Source: Acidisarcina sp. (GTDB lineage Bacteria > Acidobacteriota > Terriglobia > Terriglobales > Acidobacteriaceae). From it: DNA of 64,000 nucleotides. How positions within the stretch are numbered: the first letter of the stretch is position 1; the number at the start of each line of letters is the position of its first letter. The notes below the pieces were generated by a model. It was not told where the DNA came from and ran no database searches. It saw only the letters and a list, made by a program, of their open reading frames with translations. Where the stretch lies: positions 1,245,759-1,309,758 of the forward strand of contig DATLIY010000007.1 in NCBI GenBank assembly GCA_035539175.1, written 5' to 3'. Of the stretch, positions 57,359 to 64,000 are shown piece after piece. A program made the translations under genes and the position numbers.

Positions 57359-58291
57359 TTACCGCTTACTCCGAACTTTGCCCGTCACACGCGGTACGAG
57401 TTCGGGCGAAGAAGACAGGATAAAGCGGCGAAACGCTCCTGCATTGCCTATAGGCACTGGGCCGGCAGGATAGGCTAGCGAGAACATGCGGGACAATTGA
57501 ATCCCATGTACGCGCGCCAGCCGAAGCGTGCCTAAAGCGAGCTGGTTGCGTACTGCCCAGCGAGATACGAACGTTACGCCAAGCCCAGCCTCGACGGCGC
57601 TGAGCAGACCTTCCGTCGAGTCGAGTTCCATGATGGTTCTAAGTTCCTTCTTCCGGAGTCCGGCTTTTGCCAATGCCGCCTCAATCACGCGACGCGATCC
57701 CGAACCGAACTCCCGCATGAGCAAGGGCGCGCCTTTCAGCGCATCGATCTGGATTGTGTGCTCGGCCCATTCATGGCTGGCGGGTACAACCAGCACGATC
57801 TGGTCTTCCATAAAAGGTTCGATGTGAATATCCTTGCGTAACGCGGGACCCTCGATCATCGCCAATTGAATGCGGCGTGCAACCAGGGCGTCCAGCATTT
57901 CGTCTGTATTCCCGCTCACCGCAGAGATTGCGACACGCGGATGCTCGCGAAGAAATGCCGCAACGAGATTCGGCAAGACGTATTGTCCGATGGTTTGCGA
58001 TGCCCCGAGAGCTAACTTCCCAGCATGATTCCCGGCCGCACTGGTCACGGCTTCGTATGCTTCGTTCGAGATTGTTTTTAGATGCTCCGCATAAGGCTGC
58101 AGGCGCTCGCCAGCGGGTGTGAGCGTGATGCGCCCACCACTGCGATCGAACAGAGGTACGCCGAATTCGTCTTCGAGAGCTTTGATCTGCTGGGTAACGG
58201 CAGGTTGTGTCAAAAGTAGTTCTTCAGCAGCTCGACTGAAGTTGAGATGTCGCGCAACTGCCCGAAAAACTGTGATCCGGAAATTTTCCAT
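57359..58291 (-). CDS. LysR-family transcriptional regulator
   Basis: Start at Met27. MENFRITVFRAVARHLNFSRAAEELLLTQPAVTQQIKALEDEFGVPLFDR is a canonical LysR HTH. Divergent from the yeiH-like gene, as with the E. coli yeiE/yeiH pair. Confidence 0.85.
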   Translation of the reverse strand: MENFRITVFRAVARHLNFSRAAEELLLTQPAVTQQIKALEDEFGVPLFDRSGGRITLTPAGERLQPYAEHLKTISNEAYEAVTSAAGNHAGKLALGASQTIGQYVLPNLVAAFLREHPRVAISAVSGNTDEMLDALVARRIQLAMIEGPALRKDIHIEPFMEDQIVLVVPASHEWAEHTIQIDALKGAPLLMREFGSGSRRVIEAALAKAGLRKKELRTIMELDSTEGLLSAVEAGLGVTFVSRWAVRNQLALGTLRLARVHGIQLSRMFSLAYPAGPVPIGNAGAFRRFILSSSPELVPRVTGKVRSKR

Positions 58292-58453
58292 CTTCGCTCC
58301 AACCTTAGCCTCATGATTGTCGCAGAATATCCGGGCCGAAGCTGCACGCTTTAGCCACTGCAGCCGCAACTATAAGAAAGACGAATCCTCTATAAGAATT
58401 TCCGCTTGGACTGCGCCTGTCCTTCGCAAAGATACTGGCCGCAGGAGTGAGGA

Positions 58454-59377
58454 TTGAATCCGAAGACAGTCTTTTTTATTGGAATCATTTTGACCGCAAG
58501 CGGCATGATCTCTCCATCGATTGCCCTGCTGGCAGGCATCGTATATGGCTTTGCTTTCGCTCATCCCTATCACCTGGAGAGCAGAAACCTCTCCCGCTTT
58601 CTTTTGCAGGCGGCTGTCGTCGGACTTGGCTTCGGGATGAACCTGCATCAAGTAGTACGCGTCGGCAAAGCAGGAGTTCTTTACACTGCGATCAGCATCT
58701 CCGCCGCCATGCTGCTTGGCTGGCTTCTGGGACGAGTGTTGCATGTTAGCCGAAAAGCAGCATTTCTGATCACGGTGGGAACCGCTATTTGCGGAGGAAG
58801 CGCAATTGCCGCGATTGCGCCCATCACCAATCCGGATGAGGAAGAGATGGCGATGTCACTCGGCACCGTATTCATCCTGAACGCAGTGGCATTACTGCTC
58901 TTCCCCATGATTGGCCTTGCATTGCACATGAGCCAGGTCCAGTTCGGACTCTGGTCTGCGTTAGCCATTCACGACACAAGTTCTGTCGTGGGTGCCGCCG
59001 CCAGGTACGGACCACAAGCATTGCAGATCGGAACAACTGTCAAGCTGGCAAGAGCTCTTTGGATTGTTCCATTGGCCATGCTCACCGCATTCGCGAGGAA
59101 GAGCAACGCACGGATTCGGTGGCCCTGGTTTATTCTGCTTTTCTGTCTCGCTGCCGTGGCTAACACATACCTTCCGGAGGCGGACAGGCTCTACCTAATC
59201 CTCAATCGCCTTGGGGGTCGTGGATTGACGGTCGTTCTTTTCCTGATTGGAACCGGACTATCGAAAGATACTCTCCGCCGTGTTGGCATCCGGCCATTTC
59301 TGCAAGGTATTGGCCTGTGGGCAATCATTGCGATCGCATCACTGCTTGCGATTCGTGCCGGATGGATCACTCTATAA
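58454..59377 (+). CDS. yeiH: YeiH/UPF0324-family membrane protein (putative sulfate-exporter family)
   Basis: TTG start 6 nt after AGGAG. 307-aa polytopic protein with TVGTAICGGSAIAA and TVKLARALWIVP blocks, typical of UPF0324. Confidence 0.75.
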   Translation: MNPKTVFFIGIILTASGMISPSIALLAGIVYGFAFAHPYHLESRNLSRFLLQAAVVGLGFGMNLHQVVRVGKAGVLYTAISISAAMLLGWLLGRVLHVSRKAAFLITVGTAICGGSAIAAIAPITNPDEEEMAMSLGTVFILNAVALLLFPMIGLALHMSQVQFGLWSALAIHDTSSVVGAAARYGPQALQIGTTVKLARALWIVPLAMLTAFARKSNARIRWPWFILLFCLAAVANTYLPEADRLYLILNRLGGRGLTVVLFLIGTGLSKDTLRRVGIRPFLQGIGLWAIIAIASLLAIRAGWITL

Positions 59378-59601
59378 ACGACACAAATGATGTTTCTTTG
59401 TTCACGGCTACGTCTGGAGCGAAAGAAAATACCTGCTGTACATAAGGCCTATACCTCCATTGCGACGATGGAGACATGGATGACGGCATTTGACTGCGTC
59501 CTCAACGCAAGGCGGAGTGTGGCAGGATTCGTACAGATGGCGTCCCGCCGATTCGACTGCCTCTCTTTATGAGCAGGAATCCGAAGAGTGAGGAATTCTA
59601 A

Positions 59602-60302
59602 ATGTTCGTTGGCCACTACGGACCAAGCTTTGCCGGCAAGGCACTCAAACAAGCAATTCCTCTGTGGGTACTGTTTGTCGCGGTGCAATTTCTGGACGTC
59701 CTCGGTCAATCTTTGTACTTCTCGGTATTGAAAAGGTTCGTATCGTGCCGGGAATCACCAAGTCGAGTCCGCTGGATCTTTACTACATGCCGTATACCCA
59801 CAGCCTGGACGGAGCTATTCTTTGGTCGCTGGCTGCGGGAATTGTATATTGGTTGTTCCGCAGGACAGATGGTTGGCGTGCCGCTGCCGTCGTATCAGCC
59901 GCTGTCTTCTCTCACTGGGTCCTTGATTTGCTTGTTCACCGACCTGACCTCCCGATATACAACAACAGCCTGAAACTTGGTCTTGGCCTCTGGAATCACC
60001 CGGTAGCGGCATTGGCACTTGAATTTGCGGTCCTGTTCGGTGGCATGTACCTCTACTTGCGCACGACGGAAGCCATTACCCGAGGCGGCCGTTACGGGAT
60101 GGTCGTCTTTGGGCTAGCGATGGCTTGCCTTCATGTTGCTGTATTTTTCGGCCCTCCCCCAAGCTCAGATCGAGCCGCGGCCATTATGGCGCTCGCAGGC
60201 TACGCCGTCTTTGCCGCAGCTGCGTACTGGCTTGAGAGGATGCGCGCTCCCAGGACAGCGCCGAGATCCATGCGAACACACTCCGCAATACCTGCAAGGT
60301 GA
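59602..60302 (+). pseudogene. membrane-bound metal-dependent-hydrolase-like protein, disrupted by a 1-nt frameshift near 59703/59704
   Basis: ORF 59602..59973 encodes MFVGHYGPSFAGKALKQAIPLWVLFVAVQFLDVL, then nonsense. ORF 59664..60302, in another frame, continues SIFVLLGIEKVRIVPG...YYMPYTHSLDGAILWS...FSHWVLDLLVHRPD. Inserting one T (ctc-Tgg-tca) restores ...FLDVLWSIFVLLGIEK... as a single approximately 233-aa protein. Confidence 0.6.
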
Positions 60303-60428
60303 AATCTTAAGAATTCTGGTATTGGGCAAGGGTGAAACTGGGTCGCGGGTACAGAACGGACCCCCAATGGAAATACGAAAGCGGGCTTTGTGCCTGCCGG
60401 TAAGCTATTTATTTTCTTTGATTTATTT

Positions 60429-60475
60429 TGGTGGACCTGGTCGGGATCGAACCGACGACCTCTTCCATGCCATGG
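60429..60475 (-). other. 3' fragment (anticodon loop to CCA) of a tRNA-Ala(GGC)-like gene; putative att repeat
   Basis: The minus strand reads CC-ATGGCAT-GGAAG-AGGTC-GTCGG-TTCGATC-CCGAC-CAGGTCC-A-CCA. The T arm, acceptor 3' strand and CCA are perfect, but no matching 5' acceptor strand (GGACCTG), D arm or 5' anticodon-stem strand lies upstream. Coordinates cross-checked against the ORF 60133..60603 translation. Confidence 0.7.
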
Positions 60476-60596
60476 TGAGCATTGGGCCGCAAGTTATAGA
60501 CGGTACAGCACTTACTAACCGGTATAACCGGCAAAAACGGCACAATTGGCACTATTTGCTGCCAAAATGCTGCCAAATTTTGCCCAGCGGGCCAAT

Positions 60597-60619
60597 GGGC
60601 TGACTGTGTGGGTCAGCCC
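60597..60619 (-). terminator. hairpin just downstream of the DUF3883-like gene
   Basis: GGGCTGAC-tgtgtgg-GTCAGCCC, 8 nt after the stop at 60628. The T-run lies on the plus-strand side only, so its function is uncertain. Confidence 0.4.
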
Positions 60620-60627
60620 GATTTTCT

Positions 60628-61464
60628 TCAGTCGGATAAACGTCGTAGGGTGATCTTAGTGGTCTGCCATTCGCCAGAAGCTTGATCTTGCGGAATGTGC
60701 ATTCTCAGCTCGTCTGGTGTGATCTCAATCAGTTCCTCCTCCGGCAAAAGCCAGATATGGAAAAAATAGTGCGGTACGCGCTCGATGGCAGTATTCCATT
60801 CATTGCGTGTCAGAAATATCTCGCGTGAGTCGCGTGCTGAGGACTTGACCTCAATAAGCTTGGCGATAGGCTCCACGACGCCGATGTCGTAGGACTGCAC
60901 ATCGTAGCCAGCGGAGTTATCATCAAGTGCGACCCAGCGCACAGTATTGGTTATCCCCAAACCCGAGAGTCGCCGATTTTCGTAGTCGATGGTGAGCTGC
61001 TCCGCCCGACGTCCTTGCTGCTGCTTTCTGTCATCGTCTGCCCGGCGCGCTTTGCGTGAGAGTTCGTCCCACCATTCCCTTATGACAGTGGAAGGGGTTC
61101 TGGCAAATAATCCAGCAGCCTCAAAACATTGTTCTTCGTTGGTACTCAAAGCAGTCCGAATACGCTCCCGCCCCCACGGGGAGAGCCTTACCCACCAGGG
61201 TCGTGCTTCCTCGATAAAACTCCAGATGGCATCTCGGAAGAGAGCTGTCGCGTCTTGAAGATGCTCATCCCGTGCGCTCGTCAAGCCACTCAACACCACG
61301 GCCATTTCATAGTCGTGATAGGCATCATCGGGAGAGATGCGCTTTAGCGTGGAAATAATCTCCGTGAGCGGTACCTGACTGTGGAGTGCAGCATACCGGC
61401 GGATAGCGAGCAGCCCATTGAGCGCGCTCATCGACAGTATGCGTTCTCGTTCGAGAACTGACAC
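60628..61464 (-). CDS. two-domain protein: unknown helical N-domain + DUF3883-like PD-(D/E)xK nuclease C-domain
   Basis: The C-terminal 120 aa read GRRAEQLTIDYENRRL...WVALDDNSAGYDVQSYD...LIEVKSS...FLTRNEWNTA...YFFHIW, which is the DUF3883 pattern (GYD ... IEVK ... NE ... Y.F..V). Starts 5 nt after the SNF2 gene stop. Confidence 0.7.
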   Translation of the reverse strand: MSVLERERILSMSALNGLLAIRRYAALHSQVPLTEIISTLKRISPDDAYHDYEMAVVLSGLTSARDEHLQDATALFRDAIWSFIEEARPWWVRLSPWGRERIRTALSTNEEQCFEAAGLFARTPSTVIREWWDELSRKARRADDDRKQQQGRRAEQLTIDYENRRLSGLGITNTVRWVALDDNSAGYDVQSYDIGVVEPIAKLIEVKSSARDSREIFLTRNEWNTAIERVPHYFFHIWLLPEEELIEITPDELRMHIPQDQASGEWQTTKITLRRLSD

Positions 61465-61469
61465 AGCTA

Positions 61470-63371
61470 TTATTCCTCCACACCGCTGTCAGGTGAGAAT
61501 TCCTTGCCCTCTAGCTCCTCAATGAGATCAATGAGATCGGCCAACTCAATCCCATAATCCGTTGGATCCGCCGCATTCTCTTCATCGAGCGCGATTTCAT
61601 GGAGGTCTGGATCATCAAGTAACTGCTGCAAGCCGCGGAGTTTAACTGCCAATCGTCGGTTGACCGAGCGGTCAATGCTACCGATCCCCTGTGGAGCTAC
61701 CGATTGAAAGATGTGAATATTCGTTTCGGTTCCTGGTGCTAGACCAAGGCGGTGAATACGATCTATGGATTGCAGATAATGCGTGGTGTTGTAGCTACGG
61801 TCGAGATAGATCGCCTCATGGCAGACTTCATGCAGGCTGATACCTTCGCCAGCAGCGGCAGGATTGGCGATCATCACTGAGCAGGCGGAATCTTCGTGAA
61901 AGCGCCGGATACGACTTTCACGTGTGTCAGCGCCTTCCTGTTCGCCGGTAGGAATGGCACCGTAAAGCGTCACTGGATTTAACTCTGAAAGCAGCCGTTC
62001 CATTTCGAGGATTGTATTGGTAAAGATCGTCCAGATAACGCATTTACGGTTATTGCGCGCCAATTGGCGTGCCAGCGCCGCTACCGCCTGCATCTTTTGC
62101 GATGGGCCTTCTTCCATCACCTTGTCGATAATCCCCGAACCTATCGAAGAAATATCGGAGAATTCTGCCATTGATCGCAAAGCCGCAATAGGGTTGACCG
62201 ATAGTTGCAGAAGCGTCATCACGGAGCGTCGCGCACCATAAATATCCACGCGCCGGTCGTGCTTAAGAGAGCTGAGCTGCTTCAATGCTTCGCTGCGGAC
62301 AATGGAGTAAAGTGCAAGTTGGCTGGGACTCATCTCGACATGCTTGAATTCACGATGTGGCTTCGGAAGACCAAGCTCACTCTTGGTTGTTCTCACATAA
62401 AGATTGCCCAGTACCTGCCTGGGTGCGGTCCCCTGAGCTATCCTTCCACCCAGCCCTGCACCTGGCCAGAGGAAGTCCAACTGAGATTGCAAATCCGATG
62501 GGGATTGAGGCATCGGAGTTCCACTCAGAATATCCCGCCGTATCGGCAAAGTGCAGATGCCAAGCAATACAGATCCCCGCTGAGACGAATAGCCTGCTTT
62601 CATGCGGTGCGATTCGTCAAGCACCAAATGAACGGGATGGCGTGCGAGATAGGTCGCAATAACGCTCGGAATCCGAATTAGCTGGTCATAGGTAATCAAA
62701 AAACGTGTCGCACCAGAATCCAATGTGCGAATGATCGCGTCCTCACCACCCGTCAAGGTCGTGAACGGCTCCGCGCTACCGTCTGTTGCACCTTCATCAA
62801 TGCAGTCGCGGACGGCGTCCTGCCAAGCCATAAATGCGTTTTTAGGAGCAACAACGAGCAGGTGTTGTCCCGGTTTCCGGGTAAGGATATCTAACGCAAG
62901 CGTAACGGTCGTCTTGCCAGATCCGGGTACTGAGAAATTCGCGCCGTTGGCGACTGAGAGCAGGTACCCGATATCTCGATTTTGGAATGGCTTGAGGGCG
63001 CGTTTAGTGAAGGAGAGGGCGCGTAGGCGGGTGTCGATCTCATCTCCGCCGAGCGTCGCGGTCAACGTGCCGCGTGCTTCTCTTACTGCCTTGTAGTTCC
63101 GTACAAACTCATTGATCTTCTCTTTCGCGAGCCCGATGGGCCGTAAGACGAACCCTTGTTGGCGCTGAAGCGGAGCAAACTCACGCACGAGCGAAAGCGC
63201 CGTTACCCAGGGCACATTCAATTTATTCAAGGCCAGCTCGTAATCATTCTCGATAGCCATCGCACGCTGAACGACGCGCTCCCAAATGGCATCTTCGCTT
63301 ACGGCCTTCAGTTCGAAACTACCTCGCAGGGTCGAAGCACTGTACGTGATTTCGATCTCAGCCATAGCCAA
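61470..63371 (-). CDS. SNF2/Rad54-family helicase-like ATPase
   Basis: Walker A SVPGSGKTT, motif II HLVLDESHRMK, motif III LSGTPMPQSPSDL, helicase-C lobe VMIANPAAAGEGISL and motif VI YLQSIDRIHRLG. The N-terminal approximately 125 aa and the acidic C-tail are unassigned. Confidence 0.8.
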   Translation of the reverse strand: MAMAEIEITYSASTLRGSFELKAVSEDAIWERVVQRAMAIENDYELALNKLNVPWVTALSLVREFAPLQRQQGFVLRPIGLAKEKINEFVRNYKAVREARGTLTATLGGDEIDTRLRALSFTKRALKPFQNRDIGYLLSVANGANFSVPGSGKTTVTLALDILTRKPGQHLLVVAPKNAFMAWQDAVRDCIDEGATDGSAEPFTTLTGGEDAIIRTLDSGATRFLITYDQLIRIPSVIATYLARHPVHLVLDESHRMKAGYSSQRGSVLLGICTLPIRRDILSGTPMPQSPSDLQSQLDFLWPGAGLGGRIAQGTAPRQVLGNLYVRTTKSELGLPKPHREFKHVEMSPSQLALYSIVRSEALKQLSSLKHDRRVDIYGARRSVMTLLQLSVNPIAALRSMAEFSDISSIGSGIIDKVMEEGPSQKMQAVAALARQLARNNRKCVIWTIFTNTILEMERLLSELNPVTLYGAIPTGEQEGADTRESRIRRFHEDSACSVMIANPAAAGEGISLHEVCHEAIYLDRSYNTTHYLQSIDRIHRLGLAPGTETNIHIFQSVAPQGIGSIDRSVNRRLAVKLRGLQQLLDDPDLHEIALDEENAADPTDYGIELADLIDLIEELEGKEFSPDSGVEE

Positions 63372-63386
63372 CTCTCTTTTCCGGTT

Positions 63387-64000
63387 TTACGCCGTCGGAT
63401 TCGCTTTAGCTGGGTCAGGCAACTCACTCTTTAGTTTTTGCGCTCGTGCTATCACGCTATCGAGCTGCGCGGCAATGGCGGCATGGGTGGACGGGTCTGC
63501 TGTGGAAATGTCGATCTCAAGTAGCTTGGTATTGGCATCGCGCGCTGCTTTAAGAGCGGCCTGACCGCGTTTCTCGTCCTGTTCGGCTGAGCGGATGCTC
63601 TCGCAAACTGAGATTAGTTCCGACGCGGTCTCGTCCCGGCGGGACGGATCGTCGAACACCTCTATAAGAGGTTTGTAGCTTGTGCCTTCGTTCTCTTCAT
63701 CGAGATCGATGTCCAGCGAACCAGTATCTTCCTGCTTGTCGGTCGGTGGTGCTGTCATGTCAACACCGAGCCGCGCGGCAAGTGCCTCCGCTACATCCCC
63801 TGATTTCTTGCCGAAGCTGAAATTGAACGCATACGCGCGAACCCCTAGTGATTTAGAGTTGTCCTGGATCGTAAAAGCGATGCGACGGCTCAGTTCGAGC
63901 TCCTCACCGGTCTTATCTTTCAGAAGCCGAGCCATATCTCCGAAAAGTTGCTGGGCTCCGCTTTCAACCTGCTGGTAATCTTCCGGTGTGCGCTTCCAAT
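63387..64000 (-). CDS. hypothetical protein, C-terminal part only (frame open to the window edge)
   Basis: The listed ORF starts at Met 63935, but the frame upstream (WKRTPEDYQQVESGAQQLFGD-M...) has no stop up to nt 64000. Contains an acidic linker (DIDLDEENEG) and a coiled-coil-like tail. The stop lies 15 nt before the SNF2 gene start. Confidence 0.6.
   Translation of the reverse strand, partial: WKRTPEDYQQVESGAQQLFGDMARLLKDKTGEELELSRRIAFTIQDNSKSLGVRAYAFNFSFGKKSGDVAEALAARLGVDMTAPPTDKQEDTGSLDIDLDEENEGTSYKPLIEVFDDPSRRDETASELISVCESIRSAEQDEKRGQAALKAARDANTKLLEIDISTADPSTHAAIAAQLDSVIARAQKLKSELPDPAKANPTA

Larger units (their letters stand above)
60429..64000. mobile_element. putative integrated genomic island, att-proximal end only (continues past the window)
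   Basis: Partial tRNA repeat at the left border. GC of hand-counted 60-nt lines is about 48-53% here versus about 60% or more to the left. Cargo is a helicase/nuclease operon. No integrase is visible inside the window. Confidence 0.5.

Noticed and set aside
59387-59572. A 61-aa ORF between the yeiH-like gene and the frameshifted gene.
   Set aside because: It has no ribosome-binding site, an odd composition and no recognisable motif. It is treated as non-coding.
60429-60510. An attempt to fold a complete tRNA on the minus strand around the T-arm-like sequence.
   Set aside because: The acceptor 5' strand (GGACCTG) and the D arm are absent. The would-be 5' anticodon-stem strand (TCACC) pairs with GGAAG at only 2-3 of 5 positions. 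Only the 3' 47 nt are tRNA-like, so it is reported as a fragment rather than a tRNA gene.
60547-60561. TGGCAC...TTGCTG, resembling a sigma-54 -24/-12 promoter.
   Set aside because: The GG and GC dinucleotides are separated by 8 nt rather than the required 10 nt, and no plus-strand gene lies downstream.
60133-60603. A 156-aa plus-strand ORF spanning the tRNA fragment and the island border.
   Set aside because: It runs across the end of the frameshifted gene, the tRNA-like fragment and the repeats. Its translation has no family features. It is most likely fortuitous.
1-64000. A window-wide look for CRISPR arrays, rRNA genes, IS elements/transposases, integrases and long (>30 nt) direct or inverted repeats.
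   Set aside because: I noticed no regularly spaced repeats, no rRNA-like sequence and no transposase- or integrase-like translation in any listed ORF. Visual inspection cannot exclude short or degenerate repeats.

Overview
This is a 64-kb high-GC (about 60% by eye) bacterial chromosomal segment. The gene content looks like Acidobacteriota, but that is inference only; it rests on CarboxypepD_reg-type TonB-dependent receptors, a DUF1800/DUF1501 pair, secreted YncE-like beta-propellers and egtBD. I can support about 49 protein-coding genes. I found no rRNA, no intact tRNA, no CRISPR array and no IS element. The left 60 kb is housekeeping and metabolic core: trmFO (partial), der, a dinG-like helicase, queDE, moeA-moaC, a GH27 alpha-galactosidase, dinB, kdsC, lhr, a VIT1 transporter and egtBD. 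It also holds a tolC-MFP-RND efflux operon next to an OmpR/histidine-kinase pair, GTP-PEPCK, a GntR-linked sugar-acid locus with a TonB receptor and an MFS transporter, rex facing adhE, and a LysR/yeiH-like pair. The right end differs. At about 60.43 kb there is a 47-nt 3' fragment of a tRNA-Ala(GGC)-like gene, and GC drops to about 50% in the lines I counted. A tight minus-strand operon follows: an unknown protein whose frame is open at the window edge, then an SNF2-family helicase, then a DUF3883-like PD-(D/E)xK nuclease. This is my best candidate for an uncharacterised, defence-like system, carried on an integrated island that continues beyond the window. Other points worth a second look: a bipartite operator-like architecture shared by the rex and adhE upstream regions; recurring TGTCAGACA-type boxes in the sugar-acid locus; an RraA-like protein where a keto-deoxy-acid dehydratase or aldolase would be expected; three secreted beta-propeller paralogues; and a 1-nt frameshift in a membrane-hydrolase-like gene. 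CDS coordinates come from the supplied ORF track, with starts re-chosen by codon arithmetic. Short motifs were hand-counted and may be off by 1-2 nt.
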